DNA of 62,254 nucleotides, counting the filler, from Basidiobolus ranarum (lineage: Eukaryota): the NCBI GenBank assembly GCA_040143965.1. It is 4 parts of 4 records of this genome, joined end to end, with 100 filler letters (N's around TTAATTAATTAA, not from the genome) between each part and the next. Parts side by side here need not be neighbours in the genome. Positions count along the whole stretch, not along the records: positions 1 to 15,562 come from JASJQH010000374.1; 3 more parts are not named here. One strand, 5' to 3'. The first letter of the stretch is position 1; the number at the start of each line of letters is the position of its first letter. A program made the position numbers and the translations under genes. The notes under the pieces were generated by a model, which was not told the DNA's origin, did not search any database, and saw only the letters and a list, made by a program, of their open reading frames with translations. This document shows positions 1 to 12,907 of the stretch, piece after piece.

Positions 1-1367
1 GGGATCAGACAGATCAAAGACATCCCCAGGCACCAAGTCAGTAGAGGACCTACTAACCCATTCACCCTTACGATAGACCACAACACTGCAGCCGAAACGA
101 GACATCTCATGCATCTTGCGCATGTTGCGCTTAGTGGTGATTAAGGTAGTACATATGGAGATGGTAGAGATGATAAAGATAGATGCAGCGTAATAATAGT
201 AATAATCAAAGCACCAGAGGATAATGCTGAATACTTGGAAAATGTAAAATGGATGCAAAACCTTTGCTCAAATGTCAGTTACTTGTGTGCAAATGATCAT
301 TGATCCATCAAAGTACATACCTCTTCAACGAGCAATCGAACTGCCGGCTTCTCTTCTACATTTACAACATTTCTGCCAAAAACGATTCTTCGCTCTTCTC
401 GATGAGCATCTTCAACTCCGAAACGAATCTGAGTGGGATTTTCGAACCATTGACGATCTTTCCAATAACTGATTGGTTCAAACCGATTATTGATGGGATG
501 ATACAAGAAGCGAATGTAACGATAATCTATATAGGCGAGCTCTTCGAAATCGGTGGTATTCAACTCCTACACCATAAATGTAAAGTTAGATTCAACTTGG
601 TCATGAAGTAACCCCATAGATAACAACATACTTTGTAAGCTAAGTCGTCGACACACCCAGTGCCAAATACACTCTCCAATGAGCCGGAGTACTTGACACG
701 TCTTACATCAACAAAGTCGGTTTGTTTCCATTGATTCTGGTAGACATGAAATAGTAAAATGTTAAATAAAAAAGTACACTTTGAGCGTCACTTCTTGAAT
801 GTTAATCACCTCAACGACTATCCACTCTGCATCGCTTAAACGACAGGATATAGCAACAAAACGATTCCACCAGTTGGGGAACCAACGTCCAAGGAGGTAA
901 AGCAAACCACCAGTAAAAATACAAAGTATGTAGTACAGCACATACAATGGCATATTCTTCCGATATCCATAAAGATGGATCTGGTTGAAAAATATAAGTG
1001 CATGTCATTTATGAACCAGAAATATATATGAAAAACTCACATGAACGTCTTCATCACTAAGAATGATCTCCTGGTGATTCTCCCTGCCTTGAGAATCTTC
1101 TACAAACACACAAACATCTCCAGCATTCTTTTGCATGACGAAATCCTCATCAGGGTTTTCCTCTTCTACAAACTCGGTATTATGAGCCTCGGTGGCAGTA
1201 AGAGTGGCAGAGCCAGTTGAGGAACCACCCTCTTCATTACAAGTAGTATCACAACTGATGTCGTCGCTCTCTCTTCTGGTTGAGGGTTCGACTATCTCAG
1301 CTTCAACTAACGAGTTTTTGTATGGAGGTGGTTCATTATTGTCAGGCAGGTTGGACTTGTAGGACAT
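1..1367 (-). CDS. P5B-type cation/polyamine-transporting ATPase (Ypk9/ATP13A-like), 5' part, multi-exon, cut off by the window/contig start
   Basis: Spliced exons give [93 protein letters not shown] and [10 protein letters not shown], the typical P5-ATPase N-terminus and A-domain entry. Likely ATG at 1367 (MSYKSNLPD). Confidence 0.9.
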
Positions 1368-2533
1368 ACCTGTCGGGACTGCTAGCTGTATTGTGTTGAG
1401 GGAATTTTCGAAGTGATGAAAAGGATAATCCTGGTAGTGTTTCCTGCCAAATCCCCAGAGAAAGAGAGAAAATTTTCTACGAAATGCTTTAAAGTTTTTC
1501 AATTGAATTCGAATCCAAACTCGGTACAAGAATATCCCTTTTCTATGATCGAAAAAAAAAGATATATAACTGCAGTAAAAGGAAATTATCTCTATGTCAC
1601 ACATCATTCTTGCTCATCGTCTTCCATGTTTGTCAAAAAATAGGCACAGAAAATTAACGGGCAAATCACATGCCGTGTCAAAAGCGGTGCATTAATGGAT
1701 CTAATTGTTACTTTGCACCGCACAGAAACATTCCATTCGTTATCAACATCTACTTATTGCATACAGATACCTAGCAGCATATACCAAATGCCATAGCGCA
1801 GACATGGGTTACGTAAATACTGTTTGCAAACACTTGAGGATCGTAATAAAAGCTAAAAACTAGTTCAACTTAAGCTTAAAGGCCTATTTAATTGCTTCCT
1901 AACAAAGCCGTGGGTTGGGGGCGGGAATATTCTAGAACGATACGATCGGATCCCGGGTCTTTCCGTTCGGACAAATTCCGAAGATGGATTTTGTTTATCT
2001 TCATGCTCAATTCCTTGTTTAATCCAACGCTAACTATCCATATTGGAGAAAGTAATAATATACCAGTTTGAAATGGATCTCCAGTCGGACGGGTGAGGGT
2101 GAGTGCATAAGTTTGGGTATCGTAGAGTCTAAGCCTCAGCCTGTTGTTCCCTTTGTGTAAGAACTCCTTTATATGATAGATGGATAGTTTAAGGCTTAAT
2201 GAAAATCTGGCGTCAGATTGCGTCAAGCCAATATTTGCTTAATCACGCTAATGATAACAATACAAAGCTTGGTTATCTTTTGTTTTATCAACAGCTTTTC
2301 ATTTAAATTAAAATCTTCAAATGATTTTGATGAGTCGTGAGTGATACTTTATACTCATTGAAATAACCTCTCATACGTTATACCACTTCCTTTCAACGTA
2401 TTATAATGGAGTCTCTTCGAAGTTCCAGTCCAGCCTTGGGTACTCTGTTACTTAAATTCAGCACACTCTATGAATCTTTTCTAAACATTAATTTGGTTCA
2501 GTGGACCTCTCTAGATATTCCCCTCTATTACAA

Positions 2534-5500
2534 ATGCCAGCTTTCCACCACAGTGTTCACACATTATCTCAAAAAAAACATTCAGTACTCTCACTAGCTG
2601 CCACCGACGCGTATATTTTTAGTGGTTCCCAGGGTGGTTTTATTCACGTAAATATTGAACTTTTCAAGCTCCTTTTCGTAAAGATAACATATTTAGTATT
2701 GATTTACTTTTCTATATTTTTATATTTCAAAGGTTTGGGGAGTAGAGAATTTCACTCCCAAAACTGTATTGCATGGACATACCGGTTCGATATTTTCCCT
2801 AGTCGTTTCTTTGGACCAGAAACTTTTGTTCAGTGGTTCTGGTAAATATTCGAACTAAATCTAATAATTCTTGATAATTACTCTTGAAATTGACACAAAG
2901 TAATGTTCTTTTAGGTGACGGAACTGTTAGGGTAAAAAAGTATTGTTTCTAAAAATAGTTCAGTAACTCTTTTTAACTTACACATTTATGTTAGGTATGG
3001 TGCATAAAAGATATGAAATGTCTGTATGTTGTTCACGCCGGACCCAATGTGGGTGATATCTTAGCACTAGCTTACTCTAACGATTCGCAGAAATTGTTTT
3101 TGGGTTGCACAAATACGAGTATTCAGGTAATCCACCTTAGGCTTCTCTGGCCCAGATCTCTTGAACTTTTACTAATGCCGGACACAGTGGTTTGATATTT
3201 CCTCTCGGGACGACGTTTGTTCCGACCAAAGAAGAGCAATCTTGTCTTCACGTGGGTCTAAATTCTTTCAAGGTCAAGAGAAACCGGCAACCATAGATGA
3301 GGATGGACTTGAGCATTACGTTATTTTTGACGATGCCATTGTTCCAAACTCTCACTTTGGATACGTTTATTCGTTATTGCTAGGAAAATTACCGAACTCT
3401 ACAGAAGACACCTTATTCTCTGGTATGCTCTTTCTACTTTATAATCTATCTCATAAAATTCTAACACTTAAAGTTAGGTTCTGGTGATGGTGATGTTAAG
3501 GTATTTGAATGATGGGTATATTTGAAGGGTACCCTTGTGTATGAACTGAACTTCTGTCGTATGCAGCTTTGGGCCATTAAGCCTACCGGATTAGAGCTCA
3601 TCAAGACACTGAAGGGACCCGTATCTAATATATATTCTCTTGCGTTGAGAGATGAGCTATTATTTTGTGGCTCACAAGGAGGTGATATTAAGGTTCGATC
3701 GCTCGCTGATTTACTCGTTTGCTGTATCCCGATTCTTAATTCGTAACAAGTTAGATATGGGACTTGGAAACTAGCCAGATGATCAGATCCTTGATTGGCC
3801 ATGAGGTATGTCAATCACCTCCCACTCTAATACTCATTCAAATGTTAGGATGGATTTTGATGGTTCATTGCATGGTTAGGATGATGTATTAGCGCTCGTA
3901 ACTCACGGACAAACGGTCTTTAGTGCCTCTGCAGATAGCACTATTAAGGTAAATCTCGTGCATATCGAAATGTTGGGAATTATTTAGAAACTCATAGAAA
4001 TACGTTTATAGGTATGGAGTCAGAACTTCGAGTGCAAAGAGACATTGGTAGGTCATGACAAAAGTATCATTTTGTCCTTGATTATCACGGACAACTATCT
4101 CATCAGCGGAGCTAGCGACAGTTTGGTCAAGGTATAGCCCAGACATAATGTAGTTTCATTTCTAAAGATTAACAAACACTTCCTTCGTCAAGCTTTGGGA
4201 TATCCCACATGATAATGAACCAAGTCCACCAACCTCTCGCTCGTCTAAGAAAGGTAGATAATTTGAAAGAGCTCCCTTTGACCTCTGTTAACCATATAAT
4301 TAGATATCATGCTGTATGCCCTTGAGAAATGGATTGCCATGCGAACAGTCAGTGGAAATATTCGATTTGGTGAGGAATGCAGACGTGGAGCAAAGTTCTT
4401 GAAGAGTGTATTAAATCAACTCGGTGCTGAAGCGCAAATAGTAAGTGAGGGTCTCTTGCATTTATGGATGGATTTCACTAACATCCATGGAAACAGATCC
4501 CATGTGGAATCAACAGAAACCCTTTGGTATTCGGTAGATTCGGAGAGGATCGGAGAAACTCCACTGGTGACCAGAAAAGATTGAATATCTTATTCTATGG
4601 ACATTATGATGTTATGCCAGCTGATGAGCCGAATTGGAGAAGCCCTCCTTTTGATTTGACAGGTTTGCAAGTGGTGATTGATGAGCTGAAATACTTCAAA
4701 TACGATAACTAGTGACTTATTTGCTAGGGAGAGATGGCTATCTTTACGGTCGAGGTAAAGTTCCCCTTTTCTCATTCAGCAATTCGTGTTACTTACTTTT
4801 CAATTCAGGTGTCACCGACAACAAAGGCCCAATATTAGCATCTATTTTCGCCGCTCACGAATTACAGAAAGAGGAACTTTTGAAAGCCAATATCTCATTT
4901 TTGATCGAAGGTGAGGAAGAGAACGGAAGTGTTGGATTTTATGAAACTGTAGAGCGTTATAAGGTGAGGACCACTGATTATGCTAGATTATGATTGAGAA
5001 CTGACAGTCAGTCAATATGTAGGATCTGATTGGCAAACCAGATATGATTCTAGTCAGGTAGAAGGGTTTTCAGGAATTGTAGTGAAACATAACACACTGA
5101 CGAGCATTCATCCACAATAGCAACTCCTATTGGCTTGGCGATGACGTTCCTTGCTTAACCTACGGTCTTCGTGGAGTAATTCATGCAACCATCGAGGTAA
5201 ACCCCTTTCGAGAGTAACTCAATTTGCTCACATGCTGACCACGTATGTAGATTCGCAATAATCAGCCAGACTCTCATTCAGGAGTGGATGGAGGTGCGGT
5301 GTCCGAGCCCATGGTGCAGATGATCAAAATTCTTTCATGCTTGGTTTCATCAGATAAAGAAGTCTTGATCCCAGGTAATGTTCAATGGTTCACGTATTTG
5401 ATAGATTTGATAGTTAACTCATGATGCATCAACGCAGGGTTTAATGACGAGGTTAGACCCATCTCACAAGCTGAAGAGAATCTATACCAAGAGTTGGTCG

Positions 5501-6239
5501 AACAACTATGCAGGTGAGACGCGAATTCCATGTATACAGTGTGATTGAATCTAACTAAGAGTTGGATAATAGCTCGAGCACAGCCACGAGCCCAGAGAAT
5601 ATGAAAAATAGACTTATTTCACGTTGGAGAATGCCTACCTTCACCGTTCATAGGATCGATGTGAGTGGACCCAATAACTCTACTGTTATCCCAGCCTCAG
5701 TCAAAGCCATAGTCAGCATGAGAATCGTACCGGATCAAAAATTAGAAGATATCATTGTAAAATTCCAATCTTTTGTAGAAGCTCAATTTTCTGAATTGAA
5801 CACTGACAGCACCTTATCTGTGAGTAAAGCTCATTCCTTTCCTTTGACCATGAAATAACCACTGACTATTCTCTTTAGATTGAAATTAATAATACTGCTG
5901 ATTGGTGGCTGGGGGATACCGAGAGCCCTTTCTTTAAAGCAGCTGAAGATGCCATTGAACAGGTAACATTTATATTCACATCTATATAGATACAACACAA
6001 CCCTATATAATTCAAATTTATCCTAGGAATGGGGGATCAAGCCCTTACATATTCGTGAAGGAGGATCAATCCCTGCTGTACGTTGGCTAGAGAAGTGCTT
6101 TGATGCTATCGCGGTGAATTTCCCAATGGGACAATCATCCGATCAAGCTCATCTTAATGATGAACGAATCAGATTACAGAATTTACATGCTGGTAAAAGG
6201 ATTATAAAGAATTTCTTGAGGAATATTAGCCTTCAATAA
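2534..6239 (+). CDS. DUG2: Dug2-like protein: WD40 repeats fused to an M20 di/tripeptidase domain (glutathione degradation), about 20 short introns
   Basis: N-terminal WD40 exons (LHGHTGSIFSL..LFSGSGDGTVRVW; LFCGSQGGDIKIWD). M20 motifs FYGHYDV, GRGVTDNKGP, EGEEENGS, IREGGSIP, DQAHLNDERI. Stop TAA at 6237-6239. Confidence 0.92.
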
Positions 6240-6568
6240 TTCGCTTTTTGCCCCCCCATCACATCGACTATTCTTTACCCCCTCCTTACTCTCCCACCCC
6301 ACACGTATACTTTTCAGTACATATTTGAGTTACATCGCGGTAGACACGTTTTTTTCCTTGTTCTTAATAGGAATTGTTATAAACATACAATAAATATTAC
6401 TAGTATCGTTTCAGTTGGATTTTATTAGCATTTAACCATTATTTACGAAACATATGATGTGATTTAATGTAGTCTCATCATACTTTTATACAGGGATGTA
6501 GCTATGATGAGTGAATAGGCCTGGACAATAATGTGACAGTAGCATTGAGAATGACGAAGCTTCTAAAT

Positions 6569-7318
6569 TTAATAACGTCTGGCAGGACGTCTGGCGCTAT
6601 ATTTACCATAACGAAGTTGATATGCCTTAGTGACATTGGTAACTCCAGTAAGTCCACCCAAGGCAGCCAAAATTACTGAATATCCTTCATTATGAGAAAA
6701 GGCTTTACGAGTGGATAAAGCGATGACTCCAACAGAGGCAGCCGAAGAAACATCATAACCCAACTGATAATCACCATGACCAATAAGATGTCCACCATAT
6801 GCGTACAAAGCACCAACACCGGCCGCAAACCAACCTGCGTTAGGGTTGCGAAGGTAAGAGAACGCATACCCAGATGCACCCAAGCATAAACCAGCCATCA
6901 TCCATTGACGTAGTGGGTCAGTATTGGAGAAATAAGCGGCTATAGGAGCACCGACACGCTCCACAGCACCACCGGCTTTCTCAGCATAATAGGCGGCTTC
7001 GTTCTCAAAAACTTCAACACCTTCTTGAATCTTTCCAGCTGCATAATCTGCTTTGCGTTTAATCTCCTCTTGAGAAGGGAGTTTCTCTTTTACATTTTCC
7101 CATTCAGCTGAAGCACGGTTAGCAGCTTGTCCCGCTTTACGACGAGCATTTTGAGCTTCAGCACTTAATGATTCCCAGGCGTCAGCAGTACGATCAGCAG
7201 CATAACGAGCATTTTCGCGTACGGTAGAAGTGTTAGGTAATTTATCAGTGGCATCATCGTAAGTTTCAGTAATCTTGTCAGCAGCTTGATGAGCGTTCTT
7301 GCGGGCGTCAGAGGGCAT
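6569..7318 (-). CDS. Intronless 249-aa protein: LEA/apolipoprotein-like helical N-terminus plus TMEM14-like membrane C-terminus (paralog A)
   Basis: Ala/Glu/Lys/Asp-rich repeats (AHQAADKITETYDDATDK, ARYAADRTADAWE) followed by about four Gly/Ala-rich hydrophobic segments (GVGALYAYGGHLI, LGYDVSSAAS, LAALGGLTG) in a pattern resembling TMEM14/FAX. Confidence 0.8.
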   Translation of the reverse strand: MPSDARKNAHQAADKITETYDDATDKLPNTSTVRENARYAADRTADAWESLSAEAQNARRKAGQAANRASAEWENVKEKLPSQEEIKRKADYAAGKIQEGVEVFENEAAYYAEKAGGAVERVGAPIAAYFSNTDPLRQWMMAGLCLGASGYAFSYLRNPNAGWFAAGVGALYAYGGHLIGHGDYQLGYDVSSAASVGVIALSTRKAFSHNEGYSVILAALGGLTGVTNVTKAYQLRYGKYSARRPARRY

Positions 7319-8031
7319 GTTTGATATAAATTGAGTGGGTAAAGGAAAACTGTTAATTAGAAGATTGATGATCTTGTGGAATAATACTTACCCTTACGAG
7401 GGAGCTTTGAGTATATATACCTTTGAAGCGCTTCCCTCGGGCTAGTCTGCCATGAATAATGCATTTGAAACCAGCAATACCCTATTTACTACTTACGTAG
7501 AGATCCCTGATCTCATCATGACATTGGTACATATACTAATAAGATTACTTATATTGATTTGAGGAAACACAAAGATTGATGACGTTGCCATAGACTCTAT
7601 TCTAAACAAAGTGAATGACGATGCATATGATATTACGCTTGTACACCGCAGTTGTAAAATGTAGTTCCTTATTGCGCTTAGATTCGATTGGTGACATGGT
7701 TAGGGAATACCGACATGTTACACGCGAAAATCACAACCAGTCACATATTTCGTGTTAGGCTAAGTGTTCCCAAAGTAAAGGAGAATCTAATATTGAATAT
7801 CGTATTTATACACAGTTTGTCCACACATAAGAAATTTAAACAAGTTTCATTTTTGTCCACACATAAATCTAAGGTAATTTAAACAAGTCTCATTTTATTG
7901 TTTGCTTTTAGATAAAATGAAAGTGGTGAATATAAACATGATCAAGAATATTACAACTCAGGTTGTTAAGATATTTTTACACTCCGAGTTTTCCGATCTA
8001 TTTAGTACGTATATAAGAAAAATCTGAGCGA

Positions 8032-8754
8032 TTAATTACGCTTCACAGTATGTCTGCGATATTTACCATAGCGGATTTGGTATGCTTTAGTAATATTAGT
8101 CAAGCCAGTAATTCCTCCAAGGAGAGCTAAGATCACTGAGAATCCCTCATGGGTACTGAAGGCTCTGCGCCCAGAAAGAGCAATTACTCCGATCGAAGCT
8201 ACGGAGGTGACATCATATCCAAGTTGATAATCAGCCAAACCAATTAGGTTAGCACCATACGCGTACAAAGCACCAATACCAACGGCAAACCAACCGGCAT
8301 TGGGGTTGCGAAGATATGAGAATGCGTAGCCAGAAGCGCCAAGGCAAAGGCCAGACATCAACCATTGACGTAGAGGATCAGTGTTAGAGAAGTAAGCCGC
8401 GATAGGTGAACCTACGCGTTCAACAGCACCACCAGCCTTCTTACCAATGAAAGCTGCCTCGTCTTCAAACACTTCCCAGCCCTCTTGAAGTTTGCCGGCA
8501 GCGTATTGAGCCTTGCGTTGAATCTCTTCCTGGGATGGAAGTTGCTCCTTAACATGTTCCCATTCTTCAGCAGCCTTTTTCTTGGCATCTTGAGCCTCAG
8601 CGCTTAAGTTTTCCCAAGTATCAGCGGCTTTCTCAGCAGCTTTGTGAGCCTTGCTACGGACTTCTGAGGACTCTGGGAGTTTATCAGCAGTTTCATCGTA
8701 AGCGTTGGCAACTTTCTCAGCAGCTTGGTGGGTGTTCTTGCGGGCGTCGGACAT
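8032..8754 (-). CDS. Intronless 240-aa tandem paralog B of the LEA-like/TMEM14-like protein
   Basis: Shares near-identical blocks with 6569-7318 (PIAAYFSNTDPLRQW, GLCLGASGYAFSYLRNPNAGWFA, YQLGYDV, TKAYQ). Confidence 0.8.
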   Translation of the reverse strand: MSDARKNTHQAAEKVANAYDETADKLPESSEVRSKAHKAAEKAADTWENLSAEAQDAKKKAAEEWEHVKEQLPSQEEIQRKAQYAAGKLQEGWEVFEDEAAFIGKKAGGAVERVGSPIAAYFSNTDPLRQWLMSGLCLGASGYAFSYLRNPNAGWFAVGIGALYAYGANLIGLADYQLGYDVTSVASIGVIALSGRRAFSTHEGFSVILALLGGITGLTNITKAYQIRYGKYRRHTVKRN

Positions 8755-9554
8755 TATAGTAGTATCGAGATGTTGATCGAATGGAAAATTGGTAACTTGG
8801 GTAGTTTGACGTAAGCAGTGGTTAGTGGCTTGTCGCAGAAAGTTTGAATTGTACTGAAATCATGATGAGGAGCTAAGGGAGTTATATAGTATCTAGAGAG
8901 AAGGGAGGTTACTCAATTTCGAGGATGAAACCTCACCCCCGTCTGATTCTTTTGATTTCTCGTACGAAAAGGGGCTGGTGCTAGGAAATTTCCCTCTACT
9001 TCATAATGACGTGAGATCATAGATTAAAAAGTCAATCATTTTAGTAACAACACACTAATATTCGGTAGTACGAAAGGGACACGGGTGACTTATCGCATAA
9101 CTAACCTTACAATGAACCATCAAAGTCCAACCTAGCATTAGAGTGGGAAATGATTACATTACATTGACTCAAATTCGGAAGATACTGTTTTGCTTTGGTG
9201 ACGTAGACAGCTGCTGAGTTCGACATGATTCACCTTGATGGAACATGGTTTCAATGCTTATAAAATTCAAATAGAGAGTATATATTATTTTTAAGAATCA
9301 TCATGTCATGGCAGTTTGTTGAATGAACGGTCATAAAGACATGATCGGTTGAGCTCACTCAAGGCGATACAGCTGGAATTGATCTATCCGATAGATCTTT
9401 CATATTAATATGCATATTCGGAATATGCGACTATTCTTAAAGTAATCGTTTATTTATTTACAGACATTGATTGATTCTGAAGTTATCGCTTTCATGGAAA
9501 CCGATAAAAAAATGGGTTGTTGACTGAGGAAATGGGAATCTTACAAATAAAAAC

Positions 9555-11998
9555 TTATTCCTAGCAAATGCATAATAAATAAAATTCAGTCAGATTTACG
9601 AATATTTAGATACATTTGCGGATGTAACTTACTGTATCTATTTTGCGCTTTTTGGTTGGGTTTGCGGCTCCATCAGTGCTTCCTTCATCAGATGGCATAT
9701 CGCTCTGGATAGAATGATCAGAATATTAGTGCATGATCCAAGAATGAGCTAATTATGTTCTTACCTTTTGGGCATCACTGTGACAAGTGGCATGGTAAAC
9801 CACATCTTCAACTAGAACTGCGTTTCTGTACATCCATTCTTCCTCCGAGTCGCTCCAGAAGCTAACGAATTTCTCCTTGCAAATTGGACATAGTTTGCCA
9901 TTATGATCAAAAGGAACGACAATGGTAAGTTCTCTAAGTTCTGATTCATCGTCTTTTATCGGTTGAGAATTGCTATTTTCTTGGTCGAAAAAAGCTGGAG
10001 CTTGAAGAGAAGAGGATTGATTCTCTCGGGAATGAATCCAATCCTCTTCTGACACAAACCAAGTTCTAGATTGAATTTTCTTGGCTTTTTCTTTTAAGCG
10101 ACGGTTCTGTCGAAAATGCCAGTCTAAATGTTGGTCCATTTTGGCTCTACCTTGCGAATCTTTATGGTAACGAAAGCCGCATGTTGTACATTGCAATGCC
10201 AACGCTTCATATAGCGATTCAACCGAGCCAGGGCGCTTCCTAAAAATGTTTCCATGTGGTTAATATATCAATTGATTTCGCAATTATATTAGTTATCTCT
10301 GAATGTATGTACCTTTGAATATCTTCATGAGTCAATCGAACAATGATCCCAGAGGATTTGACAAAGGTCGATGGCTTCGGGATGGCTGGAGTTGTAGTCA
10401 ATCCGGAAAGTGGTGGCATACCAGAAATTTTGGGAATATTAAGTTGGCTGTTAACATCAAGAAGTCCAAAAGCCATCAGATTTTGAACTAGAGCTGCAGG
10501 GTTTGCAGTAGAAGTAGAGCCTGAGTTCAACGTTGCACGAGCAGATGGCGCAACGGGGATTTTGGGGATTAGCGTAGCTGCATTGATAGCAACTGATGGT
10601 TGGGGGCTTGGTGTCGATGCAGGGACTGGTGAAGAGACAGGTGTTCTCATTTGATTGATCTGCTGGCGAAATATCGCCACTTGTTCAGGTTGAAGTGGTG
10701 TCGATTGTGTTAAGTTCTGTAACTTTACTTAGAGTTTAGTTTTATCTTCAAAAAAAGCAAACTAAATGACTAACGAACCTGTTGTAATAGTTGAATTTGA
10801 TTTTGCGTAGTGGTGGTCGGTGTTGTCAGTTGTTGCTGTTGTTTTTGCAAAATTAGTGCTTGAATCTCTTGCAATAGATTGGATTTGTCAACAGATCCAT
10901 TGGGCAAGGCAGTTTTAGAAGTCGAATCGATAGAAGGAGATACCTAAATTTACGTGAGAAAAACCCGTCAACATAATTGTCTTTAACTCGGAAACTGTAT
11001 GAAGTGTGGTATAAACAGCCTGCTCAAGTGACATGTGTGTTGGGCATGTATAGAGGCATATAAAAGGTGCTGCTACTATATCAGTATCCCCACCCATTAG
11101 AATGGTTAAGATAGATTGTTTATTAAAATATAAATCATCTTTTATCCCTGCTCCAACTGAATACTGGCCACAATTGAGCGACGGCATATCGAACAGAACC
11201 ATGGAAGCATCAATAAAGTTAATTATAAAGCCTACCTGCTGTAATGGATAGGAGGGAGAAGGTTGAGAAGAAGGTATAGGGGCTCTACCACCACTGGAGG
11301 GCTTAGCTCGAGGGTCGTTCCAGTGAATTTGGTTTCCAGAAGAGCGTTGCGACATATTCCTATCCACCCCTGAATTTGGCTTGAATAGATGATTTAATAT
11401 GGATGGATGAAAGGGTTTTCGAAAAGTCGAAATGATTTCAGTGACATAAGAAAGGTGGCTTACTGTATTGCGTGCAAAGTGAGGATTGACGTGGGCCTGT
11501 GAATCTTTTGGGGTTTTGTTTCTTTGATGATACTTGAAAAGGGAACGCTCTATATTTGTGATGATCTCAGGAGGGTAAAGTGGACCGTTGGGTCCATTTT
11601 TCCAAGTACTAAGAACACGCTCCAAATTTTTTTGGGTATTTTGATCTACACTAAAATAAGTGTCCAAGAAAGTTTTTACTATGCCCCTTGCGAAGAGATT
11701 GATGTAAGCACCCCTGACATTTTTGCAAATAGAATCGAGGAGGTAAAAGACAGGAAGCTTCTGACGAGGATGAGCCTGCAGAAAAGATTAGGAAAAACTT
11801 GCAAAAAAAGAAAGGAAATCTGAGACTTACTCGACGTATTTGCTCTTCAATCGTCTGAACAATTACTTTGGCGTTATTAATATTTTCTTGTGCTAAAATG
11901 GTCAAATTGGTAATGATAGGTTTAGAATTGAAAGTAAGGTCAGCAAGCGAGGCTCTATATTGTTGACGCACAGTTTCCAAGGTCTGGTCGGAGTTCAT
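9555..11998 (-). CDS. PCF11: Pcf11 cleavage/polyadenylation factor (CID domain, C-terminal zinc fingers), multi-exon
   Basis: CID motif [22 protein letters not shown] and [14 protein letters not shown]-terminal [25 protein letters not shown] and [23 protein letters not shown]. The predicted last exon is only GAA-TAA (9555-9560). Confidence 0.93.
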
Positions 11999-12811
11999 AT
12001 TTATAAATTCTTCAACCGCAACTTTTTATAATATATATGACTACTATCTGGTTGGTTTATTATTTAGTTACTACAAAAGAGTAGACAAAGCAAACTGGAC
12101 TACAAGCTGTCTGAAAAGAAAAGAGAAAATAAGAGGACAGACTGTGGGTCCGCAAATGAATTATAAGAATCAAAAGAGAAGGACGGGGATTAACCCTGTA
12201 AATGGGCAGTAAAAAAAGTCATTGAAACGAAAAAATACATATGAGTAACCCTGAATGTAACCCAACACCAAATGTACCCTAAATGTATCCATAGTATATA
12301 TCATCTAACTGTTTGTGCCGCGTCTCGGAAATATCATTTGGTTAATCACGTGAGAAATGCAAATTTATTGGCTGATTAGAACTGCAAAAGGTTATTAGTC
12401 ATTGTAAAACAAGAAAATTTCCAAGAAAATTGATTCAGATTCGATTTAGGCTAAGAAATATTTAGGCTATGAAATTGCCAAATCAAACAATCAAAAGTGA
12501 AGGTCAAGCGAAAGTAGATGGGACAAAACAATACCGAACTCTAAGCAATAGTCAATGTGGTTAGATTCAAATTTAACTTTTACATCCAAATTTGACTTAC
12601 ATCCAAATCAGCTCTTGCTCCTAACTTTTCACTCTAATGTTCTACGGCATATTAGTATCGATACTTTACTATTCATGGATCTTGCTTAGTATATTCTATT
12701 TATTTATTCAATTCATACTGTTTCATTAGTGCAAGTTAAAGCAAATATTGGGCGTATGCCTCAGGAATGATGAGAAAAGACAACATCCATGGCTTTTTCA
12801 CAACTCTCAAT

Positions 12812-12907
12812 ATTTGTTTATGCTTAAAATATGCTATTGTAAGATTTGTTTATGCTTAAAATATGCTATTGTAAGATTTGTTTATGCTTAAAACATGCTA
12901 TTGTAAG
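12812..12907. repeat. Tandem repeat, 3 x 32 bp (ATTTGTTTATGCTTAAAATATGCTATTGTAAG)
   Basis: Three consecutive copies with one mismatch in the third. Confidence 0.95.

Noticed and set aside
10915-11667. 250-aa ORF as a standalone protein
   Set aside because: It is PCF11 exons read through two introns; the splice sites and downstream PCF11 homology explain it.
12812-12907. 32-bp repeats as a CRISPR array
   Set aside because: Copies are directly adjacent with no spacers, there are no cas genes, and the context is eukaryotic.
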